From contig CAVDZW010000085.1 of the NCBI GenBank assembly GCA_963613305.1, positions 1 through 49,270 on the forward strand: DNA of 49,270 nt. The letters are read 5' to 3'. Source of the DNA: a bacterium. Lineage in GTDB: Bacteria; Actinomycetota; Coriobacteriia; Coriobacteriales; Coriobacteriaceae. Of the stretch, positions 27,652 to 39,222 are shown one piece after another. A model generated the notes under the pieces. That model was not told the origin of the DNA. It made no database searches and was given only the letters and a program-made list of their open reading frames with translations. Position 1 is the stretch's first letter. Each line of letters starts with the position of its first letter. Made by a program: the position numbers and the translations under genes.

Positions 27652-27734
27652 TGAACCGAAGGCGCCCGGTTCGTGCGAACGAATAGCACCGGGGTCTCGC
27701 CGCCCCGTGCGCAGGAAAGAAGGGACTTATCCTC

Positions 27735-29327
27735 ATGATGCAAAAGATTCAGAAGTTCGGAGGTGCGATGTTCACCCCGGTCCTGCTCTTCGCCTTTGCC
27801 GGCGTGGTTGTGGGTCTGGGCACGCTCTTCACGACGCAGGCCATCTTCGGTGACCTTGCAGCCCCGACTTCTCCCTGGTACCTCTGCTGGAACGTGGTGC
27901 TCCAGGGCGGTTGGACCGTCTTTAACCAGCTGCCGCTCCTCTTTGCGGTCTCGCTCCCGATCGGTCTTGCCAAAAAGCAGAACGCCCGTTGCTGCATGGA
28001 GGCGCTCGTCGGCTACCTCACCTTCCACTACTTCATGAACACGCTGCTCTCGCAGTGGGGCGGGTTCTTTGGCGTCGACTTCTCGGCCGAGACCGGTTCC
28101 GCCTCGGGCCTCGCGATGATCGCCTCGATCAAGACGCTCGACATGGGCATGATCGGCGCGCTCGCCGTTTCCGGCATCATCATCGCGGTGCACAACAAGT
28201 TCTTCGACACCGAGCTGCCCGACTGGCTGGGCGTCTTCAACGGCTCCGTCTTCGTCTACGTCGTCAGCTTCTTCGTGCTGCTCCCGACCGCCGTGCTCTG
28301 CTGCTTCGTGTGGCCGCACGTCCAGGACGGCATCGCCGCGCTCCAGGGCTTCCTCACTTCCACCGGCCTGCTCGGCGTGTGGGTCTTTGCCTTCCTTGAG
28401 CGCATCCTCATCCCGTTCGGTCTGCATCACCTCGTGTACTCGCCGCTCTACTATGACAACGTCGTGGTTCACGGCGGTATCTACGCCGCATGGGCAACCG
28501 CCCTCCCGACCCTGGCCGCCTCGAGCGATTCGCTCAGCAGCGTCGCTCCCTGGGCTGCCTTCACCTGCACCGGTTGGTCCAAGATCTTCGGCTGCACGGG
28601 TATCGCACTGGCCTTCTACAACACGGCCAAGCCTGAGCGCCGCAAGGAGCTCCTGGGCCTTCTGATCCCCATCACCCTCACCGCCATCTTCTGCGGCGTC
28701 ACCGAGCCGATCGAGTTCACCTTCCTCTTTATCGCTCCTCCGCTGTTCGCGGTCCACGCGGTCCTCGCGGCCTGCCTGGCCACGGCCATGAACGCGGCCG
28801 GCGTGGTCGGCGTCTTCGCCGGCGGCCTGATCGAGATGAGCTCGCTGAACTTCATCCCGCTCATGGCTTCGCACGGCTTCACCTATCTCATCGCCCTCGT
28901 GATCGGCCTCGTGTTCACCGCCATCTACTTTGTGGTGTTCCGTACGCTCATCCTCAAGTTCGACTACAAGACCCCCGGCCGTGAGGACGACGACGCCGAG
29001 ATCGAGTTCAAGTCCAAGCAGGACTACCGCGACAAGCAGTCCGGCGCCGCCGCCTCCGCCGAGGCCGCAGCCGAGACCGGCAAGTCCAAGAACGAGATCC
29101 TCGCCGAGAACATCCTCGACCTGCTCGGCGGCAAGGACAACATCAAGGACGTCACCAACTGCGCCACCCGTCTGCGCGTGAACGTCTACGACGATTCGCT
29201 TGTGGCTAACGATCCCGACTTTAAGAAGATCGGCACCATGGGTCTCTCTAGGAACGGCTGCTCCATGCAGGTCATCGTGGGCCTCACGGTCCCCATGGTC
29301 CGCGAGAAGTTCGAGGCCCTGCTCTAA
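27735..29327 (+). CDS. glvC: Alpha-glucoside PTS EIICB
   Basis: MQKIQKFGGAMFTPVLLF, ERILIPFGLHH, GVTEPIEFTFLF, KTPGRE, EIIB motif NCATRLR. No EIIA in the locus. Confidence 0.92.
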   Translation: MMQKIQKFGGAMFTPVLLFAFAGVVVGLGTLFTTQAIFGDLAAPTSPWYLCWNVVLQGGWTVFNQLPLLFAVSLPIGLAKKQNARCCMEALVGYLTFHYFMNTLLSQWGGFFGVDFSAETGSASGLAMIASIKTLDMGMIGALAVSGIIIAVHNKFFDTELPDWLGVFNGSVFVYVVSFFVLLPTAVLCCFVWPHVQDGIAALQGFLTSTGLLGVWVFAFLERILIPFGLHHLVYSPLYYDNVVVHGGIYAAWATALPTLAASSDSLSSVAPWAAFTCTGWSKIFGCTGIALAFYNTAKPERRKELLGLLIPITLTAIFCGVTEPIEFTFLFIAPPLFAVHAVLAACLATAMNAAGVVGVFAGGLIEMSSLNFIPLMASHGFTYLIALVIGLVFTAIYFVVFRTLILKFDYKTPGREDDDAEIEFKSKQDYRDKQSGAAASAEAAAETGKSKNEILAENILDLLGGKDNIKDVTNCATRLRVNVYDDSLVANDPDFKKIGTMGLSRNGCSMQVIVGLTVPMVREKFEALL

Positions 29328-29360
29328 GCCCCAAGCGCTCAGAGCCCACCTACCAGGTAA

Positions 29361-30779
<1,419 letters not shown>

Positions 30780-30834
30780 GGTCTGCGGAGCTACGCATCC
30801 GCGCTGAGGCGCTACGATAGACGCGCCGTATACG

Positions 30835-30869
30835 AGGCCTCCCCGGCGCGCAAACGCTCGGGGAGGCCT
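30835..30869 (+). terminator. Stem-loop after glvA
   Basis: aggcctccccg...cggggaggcct; weak U-tract. Confidence 0.5.
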
Positions 30870-30887
30870 TGCTGGTAAGGAGTGAAG

Positions 30888-31538
30888 ATGGGCAAAAAGA
30901 AGGTATCGCGCGCAAAGGCTGCGGCCGCGGGCACCAAGAGCGATCCCAGGCGTGCTGAGCGCGGCGCCGAGATGGCTGCTGCGGTTGACGGCGCGGCGGG
31001 GCGCAAGGCGTCTGCGACGCGCAAGATCGCGCACCCTGAGTGGGCGCCAGCGGCGAATTCCGCTCGCGAGCGGCGCACAGCCCAGTTCTTTGTGGTGGTT
31101 GAGGTTTTGCTCGCGCTCGTGCCGGTGCTGGTCGTGGTCTCGTTCGTGATGCTCAAGGGGCAGTTTTCGGCCGAGGGGCTCCAGTCGGCGTTCAGCGAGG
31201 ACCCCGCCTTTATGGTGAGCTTTTTGGCCGCCTGCGTGCAGCCGTTTGCGGCCTACCTGCTGCGCATCGTGCACCAAAAGTACCTTGAGGGCGATGCGGG
31301 TTACACGGTGGGAAACCTCATCGCGCTGCTTTGCTCCGAGATGTTCCTGCAGAACCTGGTGGGCGTTGCCGGTATGGCGCTCCTGCTTTGGCGCGTGTGG
31401 AAGAACACGGCGTCGCATATGGGGGATTGGGCGCATGAGCGCAGGCTCGGCGGCGTGCTCTTTGATATCTCGGGCGCACTCGTGGTCTTTGCCTTTGCAC
31501 TCATTTGCGCATTTGCGAACCTGCAGCTCGCGGCATAA
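30888..31538 (+). CDS. Hypothetical integral membrane protein
   Basis: Basic N-terminus followed by about four hydrophobic segments. RBS aaggag. Confidence 0.7.
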   Translation: MGKKKVSRAKAAAAGTKSDPRRAERGAEMAAAVDGAAGRKASATRKIAHPEWAPAANSARERRTAQFFVVVEVLLALVPVLVVVSFVMLKGQFSAEGLQSAFSEDPAFMVSFLAACVQPFAAYLLRIVHQKYLEGDAGYTVGNLIALLCSEMFLQNLVGVAGMALLLWRVWKNTASHMGDWAHERRLGGVLFDISGALVVFAFALICAFANLQLAA

Positions 31539-31558
31539 GGGCGTTGTAATTCCTGTCC

Positions 31559-31591
31559 GCACGGTCCCGTATACTGGGACCGTGCTTTTTT
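31559..31591 (+). terminator. Intrinsic terminator
   Basis: gcacggtccc-gtatact-gggaccgtgc-tttttt. Confidence 0.8.
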
Positions 31592-31611
31592 GTATGTACG
31601 GGAGGTCTGCG

Positions 31612-32937
31612 TTGGAAGCTATCGTCGTCGTGCTTGCCTTGCTGGCGGTCGTCTTGAGTGCCGGGTGCCTGGTGCTTCTTGTGGGGAGCCGCCGGAGTGC
31701 TGCCGAAGCGGCCGGCGCGCAACGCGAGATGCTCGAGCAGGTGTCGGCGCTTGCCGCCGAGCTCGACGCGCAGGCACAAGCCCAGCGGCAGGCCACTGCC
31801 CTCGAGCAGCAACGTTTTAGCTATCTGAACCAGCAGATGACGACCCTTTCGGACCGTGTGGACGCCACTCGCCGCGAGACCGTGCAGCAGCTTTCTGCCA
31901 ACCGTGAGGCCACGGAGGCCCGCCTCGACAAGATTCGCGAGACGGTGAGCTCGGAGCTCGGCGTCATCCGCACCGACAACGCGCAACAGCTCGACCGCAT
32001 GCGCGCCACCGTGGACGAAAAGCTCTCCCGCACGTTGAATGACCGCTTGAGCGCGTCGTTCAAGCAGGTGAGCGAGCAGCTCGAGGCCGTCTACAAGGGC
32101 TTGGGCGACATGCAGGGGATCGCTGCCGGTGTGGGCGATCTTAAGCGCGTGCTCGGTAACGTCAAGACGCGCGGCATCTTGGGCGAGGTTCAGCTCGGCG
32201 CCATCTTGCACGAGATCCTGGCTCCCGAGCAGTACGAGGAGAACGTGGCAACCAAGCCGGGCTCAAGCGAGCGCGTGGAGTTTGCCGTGAGGATCCCGGT
32301 GGAGGACGGCGAGCCGGTGCTGCTGCCGATCGATTCCAAGTTCCCGGGCGACGCGTACGAGCATCTGCTCGACGCACTCGATAGCGGTGACGCGGATGCC
32401 GTGGCGGCCGCGCGCAAGAACCTCGACACCATGATCAAGCGCGAGGCCAAGGACATCTCCGAAAAATACCTTTCGGTGCCCGCTACCACGAGTTTTGGCA
32501 TCATGTTCCTACCTTTTGAGGGGCTCTATGCCGAGGTGGTTAACCGCCCCGGCCTCATGGAGGAGCTTGGCCGCACCTACCGCGTGAACGTGGCCGGTCC
32601 GAGCACCATGGCGGCACTCCTCAACAGCCTGCAGATGAGCTACCAAACCTTTGCGCTCCAAAAGCGCACCGACGACGTGCTGCGCGTGCTCTCGGCGGTC
32701 AAGGCCGAGCTGCCCAAGTACCAGACGGCGCTGCGCCGCGCGCACCAGCAGATCGAGACCGCGGGCAAGACGGTCGACAGCATCATCACCACGCGCACCA
32801 ACGTGATGCAGCGCACGCTCAAGAGCATCGACGCCATGGGGAACGAGGGCGAGCCGGAGCGCGTGCTCGGCTACGACGGCATCGAGCTGCTGGGCGCGAG
32901 CGGTGAGGGAAATCTGAGCGGCGAGGTTGAGTCCTGA
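31612..32937 (+). CDS. rmuC: DNA recombination protein RmuC
   Basis: N-terminal TM and coiled coil, NVKTRGILGE, LPIDSKFP, MFLPFEGLYAE, AGPSTM. TTG start after ggagg. Confidence 0.93.
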   Translation: MEAIVVVLALLAVVLSAGCLVLLVGSRRSAAEAAGAQREMLEQVSALAAELDAQAQAQRQATALEQQRFSYLNQQMTTLSDRVDATRRETVQQLSANREATEARLDKIRETVSSELGVIRTDNAQQLDRMRATVDEKLSRTLNDRLSASFKQVSEQLEAVYKGLGDMQGIAAGVGDLKRVLGNVKTRGILGEVQLGAILHEILAPEQYEENVATKPGSSERVEFAVRIPVEDGEPVLLPIDSKFPGDAYEHLLDALDSGDADAVAAARKNLDTMIKREAKDISEKYLSVPATTSFGIMFLPFEGLYAEVVNRPGLMEELGRTYRVNVAGPSTMAALLNSLQMSYQTFALQKRTDDVLRVLSAVKAELPKYQTALRRAHQQIETAGKTVDSIITTRTNVMQRTLKSIDAMGNEGEPERVLGYDGIELLGASGEGNLSGEVES

Positions 32938-33596
32938 TGCCGCGCGAGACGAACGCGAGCAAACGCGAGCGCGCGATCGAGGTGTGCGAGCGGCTCGACA
33001 GGCGCTACGGGCCCGTCGAGTGTTTTTTGGATCACGAGAACCCGTTCAGGTTGCTCGTTGCGGTTCTGCTTTCGGCCCAGACCACCGATGCCCAGGTGAA
33101 TAAGGTGACACCGCGCCTCTTTGAGCTTTGGCCGACGCCCGAGGCGCTGGCTGGGGCGTCATATGCAGACGTGTGCGAGGTCATCCGCTCGCTCGGGTTT
33201 TACAAGAGCAAGGCCAAGCATGCTATCGAGGCAGCGCAGATGATCGTCGCCGATTACGGCGGCGAGGTTCCGGCCGATATGAGGGAGCTCGTTAAGCTCC
33301 CCGGCGTGGGACGCAAGACAGCGAACATCGTGCTCAACGTGGGGTTCGGGATCGTCGAGGGCATCGCGGTCGACACGCATGTGAATCGCATCGCGCATCG
33401 GTTGGCGCTGAGTCCCAAAACGCATGCCAAGGAGCCGCTCAAGACCGAGCAGGACCTGCTCAAGATCTTGCCGCATGAGTACTGGAGCTCGGTAAACCAT
33501 CAGTGGATCAGCTTTGGGCGCGAGATCTGCGACGCGCGCAAGCCCCTTTGCGGGGAGTGTCCGCTCGCCGACCTTTGCCCTTCGGTTCAGGCATAG
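32937..33596 (+). CDS. nth: Endonuclease III
   Basis: LSAQTTD, LPGVGRKTAN, VDTHV, CX6CX2CX5C. TGATG coupling to rmuC. Confidence 0.96.
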   Translation: MPRETNASKRERAIEVCERLDRRYGPVECFLDHENPFRLLVAVLLSAQTTDAQVNKVTPRLFELWPTPEALAGASYADVCEVIRSLGFYKSKAKHAIEAAQMIVADYGGEVPADMRELVKLPGVGRKTANIVLNVGFGIVEGIAVDTHVNRIAHRLALSPKTHAKEPLKTEQDLLKILPHEYWSSVNHQWISFGREICDARKPLCGECPLADLCPSVQA

Positions 33597-33814
33597 GTGT
33601 TGAGTCGGTGCACCATTCGGCCCCGTATAGGGGGCCGTCGGGTCGCGGTGCCGTCCGGTCCCGTGCAAGGGTCATGGGGCCGCTGCGACGTGACCTCTGC
33701 CTGCGGGGTTTTGCCTGGTGTGACGTGCTAGGATAGTCAAAAATCACGAGCGTTCAGACCCGCCGGGCCCAGCCTGGCGGGCTTTTGGCGTGAGCCGGCG
33801 AAGGGACCCAACCC

Positions 33815-36800
33815 ATGCTCATCCATCGCATTGCCGCACAGCTGTATACCGCAGAGGGCCCGCAGGTCATTGAGCAAGCGCTCGATGCCGGCGAGGATGC
33901 CACGCTCGCCGTCTCACAGTCGGCGCGCTCGCTCATGCTTGCGGCGCAGTTCGTGCGCCGTCCGCGCCCGTGCGTATACGTGGTCTCGGGCGAGGATGCC
34001 GCCGACCGTGCGGCCCGCGCGCTTGCGAGCTACGTGGGCCTTGAGCATGTGGTGCGGTTTCCCGAGCGCACCGATCGGCCTTGGAAGGACAAAGCGCCCG
34101 ACGACGCCGTCGTTGCCAGCCGTTGCGCCGCACTCGGGCGCATCGCGCGGGGCGATGCGTGCATCATGGTCGCCTCCGCGCGCTCGCTGCTGCGCTGCGT
34201 GCCGCCTGCCGAGAGCCGCTTTTGGGCTTCGCAGACCTTTAGCGTAGGCGGCGAGGTTCCCTTTGACGAGGTGCCGCGGCTCCTGGTGGGGATGGGCTAT
34301 ACCGCGGCCGGTGCCGCCGACGTTCCCGGAACCTTTAACGTGCACGGCGACACGGTAGACATCTTTCCCGCGCAGGCCAAGGCGCCGGTGCGTTTGGAGT
34401 TCTTCGGCGACGAGATCGATCGCATCCGCCGCATGGTGGCCTCGACCGGCCAGACCATCGGCGACGAGGAGGCCGTCGAGGTCTTTCCGTGCCGCGAGCT
34501 CGCGCTCACCGACGACGCCGTGCATCGCATGCATGTGGCGCTTTACCGCGCGAGCCAGGACGACAGCGAGCTGGCGGCCCTACTCGAGATGGTCGACGCG
34601 CGCATCGTCACGCCCGAGCTCGAGCGCTACCTGCCCGTTATGTACGAATCGACGGTGTCGCCGCTCGCGCATGTGAGCGAGAACACGCTTGTCGTTCTCT
34701 CGGAGCCGCGCTCGCTCTTTGATGACTGCGCTCGTGCCTACGAGGAGCTCGAGGGCCGTGCCGCTGCCGACGGCATCAAACGCCTCGACGGTCTCTATGT
34801 GCGTCCGCAACAGCTCGACTTCGGCCGTCAGCAGCGCCTGAACTACGTGAGTCTCATTCGCGCGGGCGGCACGGTGACGGCCGAGCTCAAGGTTGAGCAA
34901 CCGGCGATCGCGGGTTCCGACACACGCTTTATGAGCCGCATTCAGGAGGTCGTGGCCAATCGCTCGGCGGTCGTCTTCGCTATTCCCGACCGTGGTGCGC
35001 GCGAGTCGATGGAGCTCACCTTTGGCGATGAGTCCATTCCGTTCGAGGAATCGCTGACGAGTTCTCCCGAGAACGCGGGAGATGCTTGCGCACGCGTGCA
35101 CGTTGTCGCCGCCGATTCGTCGGAGCGCGTGGCCGCGGGCGCACGCAGGGGAGAGCCTGCTGTGTCGCGCCGCACGGCCGATGCGCTCAACGCCCGTTCG
35201 CTCGAGGAGGGCGCTGCGAGCAGCGTGCCCACCCTCACGCGCGGCCGCGTGACCTTTACGGATGCTGCATTCCCGCAGGGCGTGGTGGTTCCCGAGGCGA
35301 GCCTCGCGATCTTCTCCATCGCCGACCTGAGCGCGCGCATGGATGCCAAGCGCAACCAGCGCCGTCGCAAGGTCGACATCACCGAGGTGACGTTCCCCTT
35401 TAAGCCGGGCGACTACGTGGTGCATGCCACGCACGGTATCGCGCTCTTTGCTGAGATCGTGCGCCAGGAGGTAGGCGGCAAGGATCGCGACTACTTTTTG
35501 CTGGAGTATGCCGACGGCGACAAGCTCTATGTGCCGCTCGAGCAGGTCGACCGTATCTCGCGCTACGTTGGTCCCGATGGCGACCGCCCGCGTCTCACGC
35601 GCCTCAACACCGCCGACTGGAGCCGCGCCACCACCAAGGCGCGCAAGAGCGCCAAAAAGCTCGCGTTCGACCTCGTCGATCTTTATACGCGCCGCGCCTC
35701 GGTGACGGGCATCGCCTGCCCGCCCGATACGCCCGAGCAGCAGGAGATGGAGGAGAGCTTCCCCTACGACGAGACGCGCGACCAGCTCGAGGCCATTGCC
35801 GACATCAAGGCCGACATGGAGGCGGCAAAGCCGATGGACCGTCTGCTTTGCGGCGACGTGGGCTTCGGCAAAACCGAGGTCGCCCTGCGTGCCGCCTTTA
35901 AGTGCGTCGACTCGGGTCGCCAGGTCATGGTGCTCTGCCCCACGACGATCCTGGCGCAGCAGCACTCCGAGACGTTCTTTGAGCGCTTTGCCCCCTTTGG
36001 CGTGGAGGTCGAGGTGCTCAGCCGTTTTCGCACCCCGGCGCAGCAGAAGCGCTCGCTCGCGGCCTTTGCCGAGGGCAAGGTCGAGGTGCTGATTGGCACG
36101 CACCGTCTGCTCTCTGCCGACGTGAACCCGCACAACCTGGGCCTCGTGATCATCGACGAGGAACAGCGCTTTGGCGTGCAGCACAAGGAGCAGCTCAAGA
36201 ACCTGCGCGAGCAGATCGACGTGCTCACGCTCTCGGCAACGCCCATTCCGCGCACCATGCAGATGGCCATGAGCGGCGTGCGCGACATGAGCCTCATCAC
36301 CACGCCACCTACCGGACGTCGCCCCGTGGCGGTGCATGTGGGCGAGTATGACCCCGACGTGGTGAGCGCGGCGATTCGCCTCGAGATGGAGCGCGGCGGC
36401 CAGGTGTACTACGTGAGCAACCGCGTAAAGACCATCGACGACGCCGTGGAGCGCGTGCACGACGTAGCGCCCGAGGCATGCGTGGGCGTGGCGCACGGCA
36501 AGATGAGCCCGCGCGAGGTGGAGGATGTGATGATCCAGTTCGCCACCAAAAAGATCGACGTGCTCATCGCCACCACCATCGTCGAGAGCGGTATCGACAA
36601 CGCGCATGCGAACACGTTGATCATCGAGGACTCGCAGCGCTTGGGCCTGGCACAGCTCTACCAGCTCAAGGGCCGCGTGGGCCGTTCTGCCACGCAGGCC
36701 TACGCGTACTTTATGTTCCCGGGCGAGCTGCCGCTCACCGAGGAGGCCACGGCGCGCCTCACGGCGCTCTCGGAGTTCCAGGACCTCGGCAGCGGTATGC

Positions 36801-37441
36801 GCATCGCTATGCGCGACCTCGAGATTCGTGGTGCGGGCTCGCTTGTGGGCGCCGAGCAGCACGGCAATCTCTCGAGTGTGGGCTTTGACCTGTTCACGCA
36901 GATGCTTGGACAGGCCGTGGCCGAGGCTCGCGGCGATGAGGAAGCGACTCTTGAGGCACCGGGTGTTGCCATCAACTTGCCGGCCGATTTCTACCTCGAC
37001 GAGGAGTACCTGCCGCGCGTGGACGAGCGCGTGCTCGTGTACCGCAAGGTCGCGGCCGCCGAAGACCTCGAGGCGGTGGACGAGGCCCAGCAGGATTGCG
37101 AGGCTGCGCACGGCGAGCTGCCGCAGGCGGCGCTCAACCTGTTCGACCGCGCCCGCCTGCGCATTCGCGGCGGACGCTTGGGGCTCGAGGGCATCTCGCT
37201 CACGGGCGGACGTCTGGTATTCCAGGGCGTTGACGTGCCCAAAAAGGTCGCGTTCGAGCTCAAGAACCGCTACGGCGCCGTCAACTTTCCCAAGAGTCGC
37301 AAGCTCTCGGTGCCCTACAAGGCGGGTGCCGGTGCGGGCTCGGGGCTGGGGCGCGGGATCGATGCCAGTAACGGCACGGGTCCCGTTGCCGCCGCGCTCA
37401 TGATCCTCGAGCAGCTCGGCGCCAGCGGGGATGACGACTAA
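33815..37441 (+). CDS. mfd: Transcription-repair coupling factor
   Basis: UvrB-like N-terminus, CarD/RID (GDYVVH..HGI), GDVGFGKTEVA, DEEQRFGV, QLKGRVGRS, TRG motif RDLEIRGAG. Confidence 0.97.
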   Translation: MLIHRIAAQLYTAEGPQVIEQALDAGEDATLAVSQSARSLMLAAQFVRRPRPCVYVVSGEDAADRAARALASYVGLEHVVRFPERTDRPWKDKAPDDAVVASRCAALGRIARGDACIMVASARSLLRCVPPAESRFWASQTFSVGGEVPFDEVPRLLVGMGYTAAGAADVPGTFNVHGDTVDIFPAQAKAPVRLEFFGDEIDRIRRMVASTGQTIGDEEAVEVFPCRELALTDDAVHRMHVALYRASQDDSELAALLEMVDARIVTPELERYLPVMYESTVSPLAHVSENTLVVLSEPRSLFDDCARAYEELEGRAAADGIKRLDGLYVRPQQLDFGRQQRLNYVSLIRAGGTVTAELKVEQPAIAGSDTRFMSRIQEVVANRSAVVFAIPDRGARESMELTFGDESIPFEESLTSSPENAGDACARVHVVAADSSERVAAGARRGEPAVSRRTADALNARSLEEGAASSVPTLTRGRVTFTDAAFPQGVVVPEASLAIFSIADLSARMDAKRNQRRRKVDITEVTFPFKPGDYVVHATHGIALFAEIVRQEVGGKDRDYFLLEYADGDKLYVPLEQVDRISRYVGPDGDRPRLTRLNTADWSRATTKARKSAKKLAFDLVDLYTRRASVTGIACPPDTPEQQEMEESFPYDETRDQLEAIADIKADMEAAKPMDRLLCGDVGFGKTEVALRAAFKCVDSGRQVMVLCPTTILAQQHSETFFERFAPFGVEVEVLSRFRTPAQQKRSLAAFAEGKVEVLIGTHRLLSADVNPHNLGLVIIDEEQRFGVQHKEQLKNLREQIDVLTLSATPIPRTMQMAMSGVRDMSLITTPPTGRRPVAVHVGEYDPDVVSAAIRLEMERGGQVYYVSNRVKTIDDAVERVHDVAPEACVGVAHGKMSPREVEDVMIQFATKKIDVLIATTIVESGIDNAHANTLIIEDSQRLGLAQLYQLKGRVGRSATQAYAYFMFPGELPLTEEATARLTALSEFQDLGSGMRIAMRDLEIRGAGSLVGAEQHGNLSSVGFDLFTQMLGQAVAEARGDEEATLEAPGVAINLPADFYLDEEYLPRVDERVLVYRKVAAAEDLEAVDEAQQDCEAAHGELPQAALNLFDRARLRIRGGRLGLEGISLTGGRLVFQGVDVPKKVAFELKNRYGAVNFPKSRKLSVPYKAGAGAGSGLGRGIDASNGTGPVAAALMILEQLGASGDDD

Positions 37442-37517
37442 GCGTTGCCCGTGCTCTGTCGCAAGCCTTACGGCGTACAATGTCGCCGTTTAAACGAACG
37501 TGCATGAGAGGGGTCTT

Positions 37518-38549
37518 ATGGTCACCTTCGAGAACGACTATTCCTTTGGGGCGCATCCGGCGGTGCTGCAGGCCCTTGTCGATACCAACATGGAGCCTAT
37601 GACGGGTTACGGCATGGACGGCCATTGCGACCGCGCTAAGGAGCTGATTCGCGCTGCATGCGAGACGCCCGAAGCCGACGTGTTCTTTTTGGTCGGCGGC
37701 ACGCAGACCAACCAGGTCGTGCTCGACATGCTGCTCGCACCCTATGAGGGCGTGGTCGCGGCCGAGACGGGCCACGTAGCCTGCCATGAGGCCGGGGCCA
37801 TTGAGTTCTCGGGCCATAAGGTGCTCACCGTTCCCGCGCACGAGGGAAAGATGGATGCCGCGGAGCTCGACCACTTTATTGAGCTGTTCTATCAAGACGG
37901 CAACCACGAGCACATGGTGTTCCCGGGCGCTGCGTACATTTCGTTCCCTACGGAGTTCGGCACGCTTTACAGCAAAGCTGAACTCGAGGCCATTCACGAG
38001 GTTTGTCGCAGGCGCGAGATTCCGCTGTTTGTGGACGGCGCGCGCTTGGCCTACGCGCTCGCGAGCGATGAGTGCGATGTTGCGCTTTCTGAGCTCGCAC
38101 AGCTCTGCGATGTGTTCTACATCGGCGGCACCAAGTGCGGGACCCTGTGCGGCGAGGCCGTGGTGTTCCCGCGTGGCACGGCACCCGCGCATACCATGCC
38201 ACGCATCAAGCAGCACGGCGCGCTCCTGGCTAAAGGCCGCTTGCTCGGCGTGCAGTTCGAAGCGCTTTTTACCGATGACCTGTATCTCGAGATCGGCCGC
38301 ACCGGCATCGATGCCGCAAAGAAGCTGAGGGCCCTGCTCCACGAGCGCAACGCGCGCTTTTTGCTCGAGTCGCCAACCAATCAGCAGTTTGCGATCGTGA
38401 GCAAGGACGAGTACGAGCGCCTGCAGGAGCACATGCCGGTGAGCTATTGGGACGCTTTTGACGACGAGCACGTGAGCATTCGCCTGGCAACGAGTTGGGC
38501 CACGACCGATGCCGACATCGAGGCGCTGGCAGAGATTTGGGAGGCATAG
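37518..38549 (+). CDS. ltaE: Low-specificity L-threonine aldolase family PLP enzyme
   Basis: FENDY, GGTQTN, HEAGAIE, TEFGT, DGARL, GGTK. Confidence 0.88.
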   Translation: MVTFENDYSFGAHPAVLQALVDTNMEPMTGYGMDGHCDRAKELIRAACETPEADVFFLVGGTQTNQVVLDMLLAPYEGVVAAETGHVACHEAGAIEFSGHKVLTVPAHEGKMDAAELDHFIELFYQDGNHEHMVFPGAAYISFPTEFGTLYSKAELEAIHEVCRRREIPLFVDGARLAYALASDECDVALSELAQLCDVFYIGGTKCGTLCGEAVVFPRGTAPAHTMPRIKQHGALLAKGRLLGVQFEALFTDDLYLEIGRTGIDAAKKLRALLHERNARFLLESPTNQQFAIVSKDEYERLQEHMPVSYWDAFDDEHVSIRLATSWATTDADIEALAEIWEA

Positions 38550-38550
38550 C

Positions 38551-39210
38551 ATGACGAGGAACGATGAGGCTATGGAGTCCGCGGGCTGTCGAGCGGAGGG
38601 CTGCGGCGTTGTTGACTCAACGAATCGGTTGATCATACGCAGAGCAACGCCGGAAGACGCGCCCGCTCTGCGTGCGATTTACGCGCCCTACGTACTCGAG
38701 ACCGCGATTACCTACGAATATGACGTTCCGAGTGAGGACGAGTTTGAGGGGCGCATTCGCAAGACGCTGCGGGATGGCTATCCGTACCTTGTTGCTGAGC
38801 GCTCGGGCGTGCTCGTGGGCTACGCCTACGTAGGCCGTTTGAATGAGCGCACTGCCTACGACTGGTCGGTAGAGACATCAATCTACCTGGCAAAAGACGA
38901 GCGCGGGCATGGTACGGGCCGAGTCCTGCACGATGCGCTCGAGACCTCTCTTCGCGCGATGGGCATGCTCGATATGTGCGCCTGCATCGCCGTGCCCAAC
39001 GGCGCGGACGATGAGTACCTCACGCATAACAGCGAGCAGTTCCATGCGCACCTTGGCTATCGCAAGGTGGGGGAGTTTATTCAGTGCGCGCAGAAGTTCG
39101 GGCGCTGGTACAACATGGTCTGGATGGAAAAGTCGCTCGGCGAGCGCGTGTCGAATGCGTCCGCACCTAAGCGCTTTGACGAGGTTGCCGGAGAGCTGGG
39201 CTATCTCTAG
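38551..39210 (+). CDS. GNAT N-acetyltransferase, phosphinothricin/MddA(YncA)-like
   Basis: IYAPYV.ETAIT, GYAY, AYDWSVETSIY, RGHGTG, KFGRWYNMVWM. Confidence 0.88.
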   Translation: MTRNDEAMESAGCRAEGCGVVDSTNRLIIRRATPEDAPALRAIYAPYVLETAITYEYDVPSEDEFEGRIRKTLRDGYPYLVAERSGVLVGYAYVGRLNERTAYDWSVETSIYLAKDERGHGTGRVLHDALETSLRAMGMLDMCACIAVPNGADDEYLTHNSEQFHAHLGYRKVGEFIQCAQKFGRWYNMVWMEKSLGERVSNASAPKRFDEVAGELGYL

Positions 39211-39222
39211 CGTTCGAGGTTG

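Noticed and set aside
31246..31611. N-terminal extensions in the ORF track (rmuC; also 2867, 8258, 9695, 16460, 17886, 44400, 45363)
   Set aside because: They overlap upstream genes, terminators or intergenic elements; downstream starts fit the RBS and/or family homology better.
33602..33611. gagtcggtgc resembling a tracrRNA 3' hairpin
   Set aside because: A 10-nt chance match with no anti-repeat, array or cas9.
34580..37480. 966-aa minus-strand ORF, and similar long ORFs at 29400-31796, 10979-12892, 27594-29399 and 2840-4207
   Set aside because: Antisense shadows of well-supported high-GC3 genes; no recognisable motifs.
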